A stretch of 64,000 nucleotides of DNA from an uncultured Verrucomicrobiota bacterium (GCA_903854475.1 CAINWP010000064.1:5590-69589), one strand, 5' to 3'. Shown: positions 1-9,435, counted from the stretch's first letter. The notes: generated by a model from the sequence alone, not told the origin. Made by a program: numbers and translations.

Positions 1-1133
1 TCCACCAGGCGAGACCCTGTGTCCACCCGATAGGACAGGAGTGAGACCCAGTCCCCGGGTTTCACTGCTAGGTCTTCGGCTAGCCAGGAATTAATGAGAA
101 TTTCGTCATCTGTCATTCCTTCCGGGGTGAATGGGGAGCCGGCGGCCGTGACCATCGAGTAAGGGGCCGATCGGGCACCGCTTTCGATGGCATTGGCCAG
201 ATAGGTCAGGATTGGAACTGGCTTGGGGAGCCCCGGAGGCTGGCGGTCGATAGCTTGCGTGACCACCGGATCCAGGAAGATCCGGCGACTGACCAGTTCC
301 ACCTGCGCTAGCGGGGAGTTGTTGGTGTTACCGGCCGTCAGAGGAATCGGTCGGACCTCGAGTTCGGCGTCGGCGAGGCGAAAACCACTGTCCACCCGCG
401 AAGAGAGCCATTGGCTGTTGGTGGCCTCGGCCGAAGCTCCCACAAGGGCCAAATTGGCCCGTCCTACCAGACCGGCCGCCTTGGCCAGAATGGTGTGGTT
501 TATGAACAGGTTGAACGGGGGTAATGAACCTGCCTCAGGTGAAAAGTCGCCCCATTCGGCTGCGCTCAGAATGCGCCCAACCCGAACGCGGAGCGCAACA
601 CTGGCTCCATCCCGTGGAGTAATCACCGCATCTTGGGACAACGCTGAGGGTTTGTGAATACGTACCACTAGTGGATCTCCGACCTGGACGGAAAGCTGAC
701 GGGCCAGCGCGGCATTCAGGAGAACATCGTCACTGTCATCGTCCATCGGGAATGAGCAGATGCGGGGGGATAGAATCCAGAAAACTCGCGTGACGCCGTA
801 GACGCGCACTTGGTTGGCCCGAGCCGAACCGTCTTGGCGTGTGACCACACCGGGAAGCTTTAGAGCAAAAGCGGACGGCGTGTTGGAGAGCCCAGCTCCG
901 GCCGGGCCACCGTTGCGCGCCGTGAAGAACCGGTCGCCGCCATCGAGGAGGAATGCTGCTTTTCCGATGCGATCCAACGCCCGGCGGCGGAGGGTTTCCC
1001 GCACCGAATCGCCAACGGTCAGGGCTCCAATGAGCACGGTCGCCGCGACCGCCGCCGCCAGCACGACACCCAGGTGGTGCTGTGCATGAAAGACCAGGCT
1101 TCGCCAGCGGAGGAGTGCAGGTGTCAATTTCAT
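1..1133 (-). CDS. ABC-transporter permease, FtsX/MacB-like (N-terminal part; gene continues past the left edge)
   Basis: Absent from the ORF track because there is no stop inside the window. The reverse-strand ATG at 1133-1131 opens a frame that I read without stops to position 1. It begins MKLTPALLRWRSLVFHAQHHLGVVLAAAVAATVLIGALTVGDSVRETLRRRALDRIG. That is one TM helix followed by a large extracytoplasmic domain containing 'DDVLLNAALARQLSVQVGDPLVV', a segment typical of FtsX/MacB permeases. The family call is from memory only. Confidence 0.55.
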   Translation of the reverse strand, partial: MKLTPALLRWRSLVFHAQHHLGVVLAAAVAATVLIGALTVGDSVRETLRRRALDRIGKAAFLLDGGDRFFTARNGGPAGAGLSNTPSAFALKLPGVVTRQDGSARANQVRVYGVTRVFWILSPRICSFPMDDDSDDVLLNAALARQLSVQVGDPLVVRIHKPSALSQDAVITPRDGASVALRVRVGRILSAAEWGDFSPEAGSLPPFNLFINHTILAKAAGLVGRANLALVGASAEATNSQWLSSRVDSGFRLADAELEVRPIPLTAGNTNNSPLAQVELVSRRIFLDPVVTQAIDRQPPGLPKPVPILTYLANAIESGARSAPYSMVTAAGSPFTPEGMTDDEILINSWLAEDLAVKPGDWVSLLSYRVDTGSRLV

Positions 1134-1508
1134 GGGTCTCAAACCGTCCTAGGTCCGGGACCACTAAAGCGGTGAATGGCATTCCCGGCAATGGCCGGTC
1201 TGAATTGAAGGGGAATACAACGGTGTTTTGAGCCCCGGAAAGGCAGTGAACGGTTTTATTTTGGCGAGTAATTCGTCCCCGGGACAGCCGTTGAGCAGTT
1301 GGAACCTCTCCTTGGCCCTGTTGGGTTTTCTGATTCCTTTTGGAGGAATGAGCCGCCCCGGGCTTCTAGTGCGGTCGCCCTGCCCCAATGAAGCGGTCGC
1401 TCAAGGCGGGTTTTCCGCGCGGCAGGATTGCGGCGTGGAGAAAAAAAGTGAAAACTAGTTGTGTTGGTTTCGCTCTTTAGCTCGTCATTTTTGACGTGTC
1501 GACACAAA

Positions 1509-2252
1509 ATGATCGACCACACCGAACTCATGACCATTTCAATCGGGATTATCGCCGCCGCTCAGGGCGGCACCGACCTCGGCTTCATCTGGAACAAAGC
1601 CACGCCTGAGGCCAAGGTGATTATTTTCATTCTGGGCATCCTCTCAATCGGGGCTTGGTCGATGATGATTCAGAAGTTCTTCCAAATGCGCCGGGCCGCT
1701 AAGTACAATGGTTTTTTCGAGACTGAATTCCGCCAGCAAGAGGGGGTGATGGGTATTTTTGATCGTCGACTGCCCGTCGAGGGGTGCCCCATGTTTTCTG
1801 TGTATACGGACGGATGCACCGATCTCGAAGCCCGGTTGCGACTGACCGATGGCTCAAGGCGGACCCGCCTGTCGATCAAGAGCATCGAGCATGTCAAACG
1901 GCAGGTGGAGGGTGCGGTGGCCCGTGAGGCGCTACGTCTGGAATCAGGCCTGATCCTACTGGCAATCGCTGTCAGCGGTGGTCCATTTATGGGGTTGTTG
2001 GGCACAGTTTGGGGTGTCATGGACACCTTCGGAGGCATCGCGAAGGCGGGTCGCGCCGATCTGACGGCGATGGCTCCCGGCGTATCCGCCGCATTGGTGA
2101 CCACCGTCGCGGGGCTCCTCGTGGCCATCCCTTCGATGTTCGGATACAATTATTTGGTCCACACACTGCGAGTGTTGACCGTGGAGTTAGATAATTTCGC
2201 CCAGACTCTGGCTTCCAAGATGGAAACCGAGTTCTTGCCCGACGATGAGTGA
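1509..2252 (+). CDS. tolQ: Tol-Pal proton-channel protein TolQ (MotA/TolQ/ExbB family)
   Basis: Track ORF 1461-2252. Carries the family-typical block 'GGPFMGLLGTVWGVMDTFGGIA ... APGVSAALVTTVAGLLVAIPSMFGYNYL'. I trimmed the start to the first ATG (1509); the track start at 1461 is GTG. I call it Tol rather than Exb because tolR, a tolA-like gene, tolB and pal follow on the same strand. Confidence 0.85.
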   Translation: MIDHTELMTISIGIIAAAQGGTDLGFIWNKATPEAKVIIFILGILSIGAWSMMIQKFFQMRRAAKYNGFFETEFRQQEGVMGIFDRRLPVEGCPMFSVYTDGCTDLEARLRLTDGSRRTRLSIKSIEHVKRQVEGAVAREALRLESGLILLAIAVSGGPFMGLLGTVWGVMDTFGGIAKAGRADLTAMAPGVSAALVTTVAGLLVAIPSMFGYNYLVHTLRVLTVELDNFAQTLASKMETEFLPDDE

Positions 2253-3114
2253 CCCGGTTCCCCAGTCTTCCGTTCACCCGATCAACCCGACCTCGGAGAT
2301 TCCGCAGTCGGGACGTGGAGTGTTGTGCCAAGATTGCGATCATCTGAATCCGGCCGATCGGGAGTCGTGCAAGTATTGCTCGAAGCCCCTTTTTGTAAGG
2401 TGTTCGACCTGCTCGGCGACCAATGAGCGGGTTCTCTCGCAATGCCGTCAATGCGGTCATTCCCTTCTCAGAGGGTTGTTTTCCGGGTTGCTAGGTTCCG
2501 AGCCGGAAGAGGTTTCAGTTTCTTCGCCCTGGGACGTAGCCCCCTCGGGCCCGATGGGGAAGGGGACTTTGTGCTCCAAGTGCGAGCATCTGAACCCGAT
2601 CGATCGCGATCGTTGCGAGCGCTGTAGTGAGGAACTGTTCCTCGACTGTCCGAAGTGTCAGAAGCAAAATGCTCGGGTCCTGATGCACTGCGCCTCTTGT
2701 CGTGGCCGGTTGCATCGCAAAACCCGGAATAATACGCCGCATCATGAAACGTCCCGTCGTGAGGAGAAATCTTCGGGCTCACCGGATCAGTCCCGCAGTC
2801 CTTCCCTTGTTTCCACGGAGCCCGTTGTCTGTGCAAAGTGCACTCATTCGAATCCCTCAGGCTTGCAGCGTTGCGAGCAGTGCCGAGGGCATCTCTTCGT
2901 GGTTTGTCGCGACTGCGAAACCACGAATGCGCGTTCCGAGCCCCGATGTCTGAAATGCAACCGGAGACTGCACCGCTCCATCAATGAGAGATTGGATCCG
3001 CTGGGTGCAAAGAATGTCTCAATGAAGTGGGTCTATGTCATGGCTGCAGTTTTGCTTCTGTCCTTGGCTGGTTTTATTCTGGTCCAATTCTCAGGCTTCC
3101 GGATCTTCGAATAA
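2245..3114 (+). CDS. Tail-anchored protein with three double-zinc-ribbon repeats (24 Cys) and one C-terminal TM helix; function unknown
   Basis: The ATG at 2245 overlaps the tolQ stop (ATGAGTGA). Its TAA (3112-3114) lies 2 nt before the tolR ATG. There are three ~49-aa repeats at nt 2320-2466, 2566-2712 and 2824-2970. Each has the pattern C-x2-C-x10-C-x2-C-x7-C-x2-C-x10-C-x2-C, for example 'CQDCDHLNPADRESCKYCSKPLFVRCSTCSATNERVLSQCRQC'. The hydrophobic tail 'WVYVMAAVLLLSLAGFILVQF' lies at nt ~3028-3096. Confidence 0.75.
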   Translation: MSDPVPQSSVHPINPTSEIPQSGRGVLCQDCDHLNPADRESCKYCSKPLFVRCSTCSATNERVLSQCRQCGHSLLRGLFSGLLGSEPEEVSVSSPWDVAPSGPMGKGTLCSKCEHLNPIDRDRCERCSEELFLDCPKCQKQNARVLMHCASCRGRLHRKTRNNTPHHETSRREEKSSGSPDQSRSPSLVSTEPVVCAKCTHSNPSGLQRCEQCRGHLFVVCRDCETTNARSEPRCLKCNRRLHRSINERLDPLGAKNVSMKWVYVMAAVLLLSLAGFILVQFSGFRIFE

Positions 3115-3116
3115 TC

Positions 3117-3545
3117 ATGCGCCGTTTTTCCCAACGCAATTCGCTGGTGACGCTCAACGAGATCAACGTCACCCCCTTGCTGGATTTGGCGTTCGTGCTG
3201 CTGATTATTTTCATCATCACCACGCCGGCTTTGGAGCCGGGCATTAGCATGAAGTTGCCGGTGGGGGGCGATGCTCGCACACGTCCCGACACCAACAACG
3301 AGGCCAATGTGAACGGTCTGGCCGAGGGGCGGTATACGTTTGCACGGACCGGAACCCGTGTGCTCAGCGAGCGTGAATTGGAAGCGGAGTTGGTAAAGGC
3401 GTACCGCCAGAATCCAAACTTGGTGCTCGTGCTCCGGGTCGAGGGGTCAGCGCCATCGCAGGTGCTGGTGAGCTTGCTCGACATTGCTGGTCGCAATGGA
3501 CTCACTCGCTACCGCATCGGAACACAACTCTCCAAGCGGCGATGA
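3117..3545 (+). CDS. tolR: Tol-Pal protein TolR (ExbD/TolR family)
   Basis: The internal ATG at 3117 of track ORF 3027-3545 gives 'MRRFSQRNSLVTLNEINVTPLLDLAFVLLIIFIITTP', the ExbD/TolR N-terminal TM signature. Length is ~142 aa. The stop overlaps the next start (ATGA at 3542). Confidence 0.85.
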   Translation: MRRFSQRNSLVTLNEINVTPLLDLAFVLLIIFIITTPALEPGISMKLPVGGDARTRPDTNNEANVNGLAEGRYTFARTGTRVLSERELEAELVKAYRQNPNLVLVLRVEGSAPSQVLVSLLDIAGRNGLTRYRIGTQLSKRR

Positions 3546-4552
3546 TTCCTTCGAACACCCGATACTTATTAACCTCCGTGGGCATCCATGCCGCGGCCGT
3601 TGCGGTTTTGCTGTTCGCCCCGGCCTTGTCTTCGCACTCGGTTCAAGACGCTCCCAGTCCCATCCTGGAGATTATTCCCGACAACCTGCGCCTGACCGAT
3701 GGCAACACCATCGGAGGTGGTAATCCGGACGCCCAGCCCCCCAAGTCCAGTCCGCAACCGTCCGCGCCTCCGGCCCCACCCCCGCCGGAACCGCCCCAGC
3801 CCGAACCTCCGAAGACGCAACCGACTCCGCCTCCGGAGCCTGCCAAGGCGGTGGAGCCCACCAAGGAGCCCACCAAGATGGATCCGCCCAAGAAAAGCCT
3901 GGCCACCGAGATTCAGCGCAGTGCTCCCCACGCGCCCAATCCCCAGGATGTGGATCCCAACCTGTCTACCAAGAAGCTGAAGTCCTCTAAAACGGATTTC
4001 CAACTGGCCGAGGCTCCCAAAAAGCGCTCGAAAAAGGAGGCCGAAGCCGAGCGCAATAATTCCGCCGCCGCTGCCGCCGCCGCGGTCGCCGCTCAGGATG
4101 CGCGCGAAGCTCGGGAGCATCAGGCGCGTGTCACGGCAGCCCGAGAGGCTTGGAATCGGGCTCAGCAGGCCCGCTCCGATGCCGTTCGAGGGGTTGCTGC
4201 GAATCTTGGGAAGAATTTGTCGGGGTCAACCTCGTTTGAGATGCCGGGGCCGGGAGGGGCCGCCTATGCTCCGTACGGATCCTACTTGATGGCTTTCTAC
4301 AAGCTGCGATGGAAGAAACCCACGACACTCAACGTGGATCACGGCGAGGTGGAGGTGGAGATCACCGTTCAACGTAACGGTCGGGTCTCGGCCTTCAAGA
4401 TGGTGAAACCCTCTGGAATTCGCGCCTTGGACGACTCCGTTCGCGAGGTGCTGGATGGCAACCGCGACCTTCGCCCGCTGCCGGATGGTACGACCGATTC
4501 GGAGCGCCGAATCACCATACGTTTTGATCTTTCCGCTGCGTCTCCCACATAA
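3542..4552 (+). CDS. TolA/TonB-like energy-transducer protein
   Basis: Architecture: N-terminal TM ('LLTSVGIHAAAVAVLLFAP'), a Pro-rich spacer (PPKSSPQPSAPPAPPPPEPPQPEPPKTQPTPPPEP), an Ala/Arg/Glu-rich helix, then a C-terminal TonB_C/TolA-III-like domain ('VEVEITVQRNGRVSAFKMVKPSGIRALDDSVREVL'). It sits between tolR and tolB. Confidence 0.7.
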   Translation: MIPSNTRYLLTSVGIHAAAVAVLLFAPALSSHSVQDAPSPILEIIPDNLRLTDGNTIGGGNPDAQPPKSSPQPSAPPAPPPPEPPQPEPPKTQPTPPPEPAKAVEPTKEPTKMDPPKKSLATEIQRSAPHAPNPQDVDPNLSTKKLKSSKTDFQLAEAPKKRSKKEAEAERNNSAAAAAAAVAAQDAREAREHQARVTAAREAWNRAQQARSDAVRGVAANLGKNLSGSTSFEMPGPGGAAYAPYGSYLMAFYKLRWKKPTTLNVDHGEVEVEITVQRNGRVSAFKMVKPSGIRALDDSVREVLDGNRDLRPLPDGTTDSERRITIRFDLSAASPT

Positions 4553-4594
4553 ATAACTGAACACTGACCCAAACCCATTGGTTTAATTTCCGAT

Positions 4595-5752
4595 ATGTCC
4601 CGTCATTCATTCATCGCTCTCCTCCTAACTCTGGGGGGATGCCTGAGCGCCTCTGCGGCCGAAGTCGTCGTCAGTGACGTTACCAGTCGCGCCGTACCCA
4701 TCCACGTCACAGGTTTCGCTGGGGACGCAAAGACCGTCCTGGAATTCGATTTGTATGTCGCCGGATTCGACCTAGTGGCCCAGGCCCAGGCGCAGTATTC
4801 GGTGAATGGGAAATCGGGTGCGGCGCTGGAGGGAGTGCTGGCCGACGTGAACAACAATGCCACGTTGTTCAATCGCTCGTATCCTGGAGGTACTCCGCGG
4901 GCTCAAGCACATGCACTGGCCGACGACGTCGTTCAAGCGATCACCGGTCGGAAGGGGGTTTCTCGCACCAAGACGGTCTTCAAGGTTCAGAAAGAACGAA
5001 TCAGCGAGGTTTATGCGAGCGACTTCGATGGAGCCAATCCGGTTCAATTGACCGCCGATGGCAATATCGTCGCGGCTCCGGCGTGGCGCCCCGGTCGGAA
5101 ATCCCTAGTCTACACCAGTTACCGTGCTGGCAATGCCGACATTTACTCGCAGGATCTGACCACCGGTGCTCGCAAGGCTCTCGTTCGGTTCTCTGGCTCG
5201 AATATCAGTCCCGCCCCGTCGCCGGATGGTTCTAAATTGGCGATGATCCTCAGCAAGGCGGGGAGTCCTGATTTGTGGGTGAGCGACGCCGAGGGCGGTA
5301 ATCCCCGTCGATTGACCACCACGGCCGCCGATGAATCCTCTCCATGCTGGTCTCCAGATGGATCTAGCCTGTGCGTGGTATCCCGAGAAAGTGGTTTCCC
5401 CCAATTGTACATTATTTCGGCCTCGGGAGGCGCCATGCGCCATCTCACCACTGCTGGAGTCCGCAATACCACCGAACCCGATTGGTCCCCGGACGGCAAG
5501 TGGATCGCATTCACCCGTTCCCGGGGCGATTATTTCGATATTTGCATCGTTCCAGCAGCCGGTGGCGACGCCAAGGTAATTACCGAAGGCGAGGATCCGT
5601 CTTGGGCTCCCAATTCTAGGACCTTGGTTTTTGTACGTCGGACCAGTAAGTTTGGTCCTCGCAAACTGTCGCTGCTTGACTGGCCGACGGGCCACGTCAA
5701 GGATATCGCGAAAGTAGCGGGCAGCAGCTCCCAGCCCAACTGGAGTCGTTGA
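4595..5752 (+). CDS. tolB: TolB-like periplasmic beta-propeller protein
   Basis: Signal peptide, then repeated PD40/WD40-like blades: 'SPAPSPDGSKLAM', 'SPCWSPDGSSLCVV', 'EPDWSPDGKWIAF', 'DPSWAPNSRTLVF'. It lies directly upstream of pal. Confidence 0.8.
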   Translation: MSRHSFIALLLTLGGCLSASAAEVVVSDVTSRAVPIHVTGFAGDAKTVLEFDLYVAGFDLVAQAQAQYSVNGKSGAALEGVLADVNNNATLFNRSYPGGTPRAQAHALADDVVQAITGRKGVSRTKTVFKVQKERISEVYASDFDGANPVQLTADGNIVAAPAWRPGRKSLVYTSYRAGNADIYSQDLTTGARKALVRFSGSNISPAPSPDGSKLAMILSKAGSPDLWVSDAEGGNPRRLTTTAADESSPCWSPDGSSLCVVSRESGFPQLYIISASGGAMRHLTTAGVRNTTEPDWSPDGKWIAFTRSRGDYFDICIVPAAGGDAKVITEGEDPSWAPNSRTLVFVRRTSKFGPRKLSLLDWPTGHVKDIAKVAGSSSQPNWSR

Positions 5753-5809
5753 GCCCAGCCCACTAACTCACTTTCAGACCTCCAGATTCCAGCCTTTTTC
5801 AACACACCA

Positions 5810-6457
5810 ATGAAGCCGTTATCCAAATTGGGTTCCATCGCCCTCGTGCTGATCCTCTCCCTCGCTGCCGGATGCAAGAAGGGGCAGAAGAATTACACGC
5901 CGCTGCCGGGATATTCTGGAACTCCTGGAGCCTCTTCGAGCCTGGGTAAGGGACAGCCCATTTTGCCTCCGGCGCGCCCGTTAATTTCAGATGGCTCGGG
6001 TTCTAACGGCGCCGATGTTGCCGGGATCAACAACCCGGATGGGGCCAATGGTCAACCTTCTCGTGAGGAGATCGAAGGCATGCTCGCCAACCGTGAACAA
6101 TTCAAGGCCAACACGGTTTATTTCGACTACGACAAGTCCGCGGTGAAGGGGGATGGCAAGGCGAACATCCAAGCCGTGGCGACCTACCTGAAAGCCCACT
6201 CCGACAACAAGGTGGCCATCGAAGGTCATTGCGACGAGCGCGGCACTGAAGAGTACAACCGTTCTCTGGGTGAGAAGCGTGCTCTGTCGGCTCGCGATGC
6301 GTTGATTGGTCTGGGCATCGGTGCTGATCGTGTGGTGACCCGCAGCTTCGGCGAAGACAAGCCGGCCGAGCTCGGTCATGACGAATCCGCCTGGGGCAAG
6401 AATCGTCGTGGCGAGTTTATCCTGCTCACGCCTCCGTCGGCGGGTGCTCTCCGCTAA
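5810..6457 (+). CDS. pal: Peptidoglycan-associated lipoprotein Pal (OmpA-family C-terminal domain)
   Basis: Lipobox 'LSLAAGC'. OmpA-like domain 'VYFDYDKSAVK ... IEGHCDERGTEEYNRSLGEKRALSARDAL ... RTRSFGEDKP'. Confidence 0.85.
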   Translation: MKPLSKLGSIALVLILSLAAGCKKGQKNYTPLPGYSGTPGASSSLGKGQPILPPARPLISDGSGSNGADVAGINNPDGANGQPSREEIEGMLANREQFKANTVYFDYDKSAVKGDGKANIQAVATYLKAHSDNKVAIEGHCDERGTEEYNRSLGEKRALSARDALIGLGIGADRVVTRSFGEDKPAELGHDESAWGKNRRGEFILLTPPSAGALR

Positions 6458-6480
6458 GCGGCTACTGCCTGGCTCTCCAA

Positions 6481-6514
6481 CAAAAACCCCCGCCCAGTGG
6501 CGGGGTTTTTTGTT
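6481..6514. terminator. Bidirectional rho-independent terminator between convergent pal and aceE
   Basis: Sequence AAAAA-CCCCGCC-cagt-GGCGGGG-TTTTTT. A perfect 7-bp GC stem (6488-6494 / 6499-6505) is flanked by an A-run and a T-run. Confidence 0.7.
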
Positions 6515-6562
6515 GGGTTAGAATTGGCGGGGAAGGAGAGATCTGCCGAGAGAAAGCCAACC

Positions 6563-9307
6563 TCAGACGCAGACGCCGTAGCGCTTCTCGGGGTCGACTC
6601 CGAGTTTCTGTATGGCCTCGGCCACCACGCTCTGCGGCAATACTCCCTGTGAGGCCAACTTGTAGAGACAGGCGATGGCCGTGCACTCACCGTCGATCTC
6701 GAAGAAACGTCGCAGCACCGGTCGGACCTCGCTGCGTCCGAACCCGTCGCAGCCGAGGGTCATTAAACCTCCCGGAATCCACGGGGCGATTTGGTCGGCC
6801 ACCAGCTTGAGATTGTCGCTGACGGCAATCCAGGGACCCGACTGGCCTTCGACCGTCTGTTCGAGGTAGCTCTTTCGGGGGGCTTCCGTCGGATGAAGCA
6901 TGTTCCAGCGCTTCGCAGCTTGGGCCTCCGAGCGGAGCCGTTTGAAGCTGGTCACACTCCACACGTCAGCGCTGACACCATAGGCTTCCAGAAGCTCTTG
7001 AGCCTTGAGTGCCTGTTGTAAAATGGCTCCTGAACCGATCAACTGGACCGTGTGCTTCAGGCCTGCCTTGCCCGGCTTGAACTTGTACATGCCGTTGAGA
7101 ATACCTTCCACGACACCGGGTTCGTTCGGGATCGGCGGATGGGCGTAGTCCTCATTGTGGACGGAGATGTAGTAGAAGACATCTTCGCCGTCGGCATACA
7201 TGCGCTTCAGGCCATCGCAGACGATGACCGCCAATTCGTAGCCAAAGGCGGGCTCATAGGAATACAGGTTGGGCACCGAAGTGGCGACCAAGTGACTGTG
7301 GGCGTCTTGATGCTGGAGCCCTTCGCCATTGAGGGTCGTTCGGCCCGAGGTCGCGCCAATCATGAATCCGCGGCAGCGCGAATCGCCAGCCAGCCAGATT
7401 TGATCGCCCACCCGCTGGAAACCGAACATCGAGTAGTAAATGTAGAAGGGGATGGTCGGCACGCCGTAGGTGACATTGGCCGTGCCGGCGGCGATGAAGT
7501 CCGCCATGGAGCCGGCTTCGTTGATGCCTTCTTCCAGAAGCTGACCGTCCTTCTTTTCGATGTAGGGCGTGTTGGCGTTGTCCTCGGTCTTGGTGCCGGG
7601 ATTGTAGAGTTGGCCTCGGGAGCTGTAGATGCCCACCTGACCGAAGAGTCCCTCCATGCCGAAGGTACGCGCTTCATCGGGCACGATGGGCACGATGAAC
7701 TTGCCGATGTTCTTGTCGCGAAGCAACGAGCCCAGCAACAGCACGTAAGCCTTAGTCGTGGACGCCGAGGACAGGGCCGTCGCCTGGACCACGTTGCGCA
7801 GACCGTCGTCGGTGTGCAGCGGGGTGACTAGCTTCTGAGCACGATCGATCCGAATGGGGTTGAATCCATGCAGGGCCTTGCGCCGGTCCAGCAGGTATTG
7901 AACCTCGGCGCTGTCTTGCGGCGGGCGGTAGAAGGGCAGTTCGGCGATGACCTCGTCTTCCAGCGGAATCGAAAAGCGTTCGCGGAAATGACGAATGTCG
8001 CGCTCGGCCAGTTTCTTGAGGCCGTGGGTGGGGTTCTTGCCTTCGCCGGCTTCGCCTGTGCCGTAGCCCTTGACCGTCTTAGCCAAGATGACCGTGGGCC
8101 GGCCGTTGCGCTGGGTAGCCTTGCGGTAAGCCGCATACACCTTGAGGGGGTCATGGCCTCCGCGGGTGAGCTTCTTGAGCTGCGCGTCGCTGAGGTGGCT
8201 GACCAAGTCGAGCAGGACCGGGTATTTTCCGAAGAAATTCTTCCGGATATAGGCACCGCTCTCAACGACGTACTGCTGGTACTCGCCGTCGACGACCTCG
8301 TCCATGCGCTGAGCCAGAAGGCCCGTCGTATCGCGGGCCAACAACTCATCCCAGTCACTACCCCAAACCACCTTGATGACGTTCCAGCCCGCACCGCGGA
8401 ACTGGCCTTCGAGATCTTGAATGATCTTGCCGTTGCCGCGGACAGGGCCGTCGAGGCGCTGGAGATTGCAATTGATCACCCAGACGAGGTTGTCGAGGTG
8501 CTCGCGGCCGGCCATGCTGATGGCTCCGTGCGTTTCCGGTTCATCCGACTCACCGTCTCCGATGAAGGCCCAGACCATGGGATCGTGGTCTTGTGCAACG
8601 AGTTTGCGCGCCTGCAAGTAGCGGCTGAAGCGGGCCTGATAAATGGAATGGATGGGACCCAGTCCCATGGAGACCGTGGGGAAGATCCAGAAATCGGGCA
8701 TCAGGAACGGATGCGGGTAAGAGCTCAGACCCGGATGGTCCTGCAATTCCTGACGGAAGTTTTTTAGGTGCTGGTCGTTGAGTCGGTACTCCAGGTAGGC
8801 GCGGGAGTAATTTCCCGGTGAGGCATGCCCCTGGAAATAAATCATGTCGGCGGTCTTGCCGTCGGCACCGCCCCGGAAGAAGTGGTTGTAGCCCACTTCG
8901 TACAGTGTCGCCAACGAGGCGAAGGTCGCGATGTGACCACCGACATTGGTCGTCTTGTTGGCCTTGGCGACCATCGCCATGGCGTTCCAGCGGACGTGAG
9001 CCCGGATCAGTCGCTCCATCTCGAGGTCGCCCGGATATTCGGGTTCCTCCTCGGGCGGGATCGTGTTGAGGTAGGGCGTCGTGGTGACGTCCGGAACCGG
9101 GTAGCCCTCACTGCGCAGCCCTTGCATCACGCCGGCGATGAGCTTGCGTGCCTCCTGGGGGGACTTGCCCTCCAGAACCAGTCGCAGCAGATCCTCAACC
9201 GTGGCGCGATGCCGGTCGGATGCGGTCAGGGAACGACCAGAGGCGGTACTTTCGGTGCGCCCGTTGACCGGGGTGGCCGAACCATGGTTGGAACCAGAGG
9301 TATTCAA
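6563..9307 (-). CDS. aceE: Pyruvate dehydrogenase E1 component, homodimeric type
   Basis: 914 aa. Strong resemblance to AceE: 'YLNTIPPEEEPEYPGDLEMERLIRAHVRWNAMAMV', 'GGHIATFASLATLYEVGYNHFFRG', 'GDGESDEPE'. The track start is TTG, so the exact start is uncertain. No E2 or E3 gene is adjacent. Confidence 0.9.
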   Translation of the reverse strand: MNTSGSNHGSATPVNGRTESTASGRSLTASDRHRATVEDLLRLVLEGKSPQEARKLIAGVMQGLRSEGYPVPDVTTTPYLNTIPPEEEPEYPGDLEMERLIRAHVRWNAMAMVAKANKTTNVGGHIATFASLATLYEVGYNHFFRGGADGKTADMIYFQGHASPGNYSRAYLEYRLNDQHLKNFRQELQDHPGLSSYPHPFLMPDFWIFPTVSMGLGPIHSIYQARFSRYLQARKLVAQDHDPMVWAFIGDGESDEPETHGAISMAGREHLDNLVWVINCNLQRLDGPVRGNGKIIQDLEGQFRGAGWNVIKVVWGSDWDELLARDTTGLLAQRMDEVVDGEYQQYVVESGAYIRKNFFGKYPVLLDLVSHLSDAQLKKLTRGGHDPLKVYAAYRKATQRNGRPTVILAKTVKGYGTGEAGEGKNPTHGLKKLAERDIRHFRERFSIPLEDEVIAELPFYRPPQDSAEVQYLLDRRKALHGFNPIRIDRAQKLVTPLHTDDGLRNVVQATALSSASTTKAYVLLLGSLLRDKNIGKFIVPIVPDEARTFGMEGLFGQVGIYSSRGQLYNPGTKTEDNANTPYIEKKDGQLLEEGINEAGSMADFIAAGTANVTYGVPTIPFYIYYSMFGFQRVGDQIWLAGDSRCRGFMIGATSGRTTLNGEGLQHQDAHSHLVATSVPNLYSYEPAFGYELAVIVCDGLKRMYADGEDVFYYISVHNEDYAHPPIPNEPGVVEGILNGMYKFKPGKAGLKHTVQLIGSGAILQQALKAQELLEAYGVSADVWSVTSFKRLRSEAQAAKRWNMLHPTEAPRKSYLEQTVEGQSGPWIAVSDNLKLVADQIAPWIPGGLMTLGCDGFGRSEVRPVLRRFFEIDGECTAIACLYKLASQGVLPQSVVAEAIQKLGVDPEKRYGVCV

Positions 9308-9435
9308 GACTCGATAGCCGGAGCCGAAGCCCCGGAGCGACTAAGGTATTCAATTGGCCTTCACTGCCAAGTGCAGGGTTGCCCCTTTCAAGGGAACGAA
9401 TCTTGAGAAGAAGCCCGGCGTGAGAGCTGGCGGTT

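Noticed and set aside
223-1191. Track ORFs 223-657 (+), 736-1191 (-) and 814-1089 (+) at the left edge.
   Set aside because: They overlap the edge-truncated FtsX-like permease frame (1-1133, minus strand). That frame has a sensible TM + periplasmic-domain sequence, whereas these ORFs are Arg/Pro/Ser-rich and motif-less.
1496-1505. A 10-bp perfect palindrome GTGTCGACAC 3 nt before the tolQ ATG.
   Set aside because: It is too short to distinguish from chance, and it contains a SalI-type GTCGAC core. There is no second copy or partner motif in the window.
7052-8767. Two plus-strand ORFs (259 and 299 aa) opposite aceE.
   Set aside because: They are antisense to a clearly conserved aceE frame and are rich in Val/Asp/Gly/Ala/Arg, as expected for the reverse frame of a GC-rich gene.
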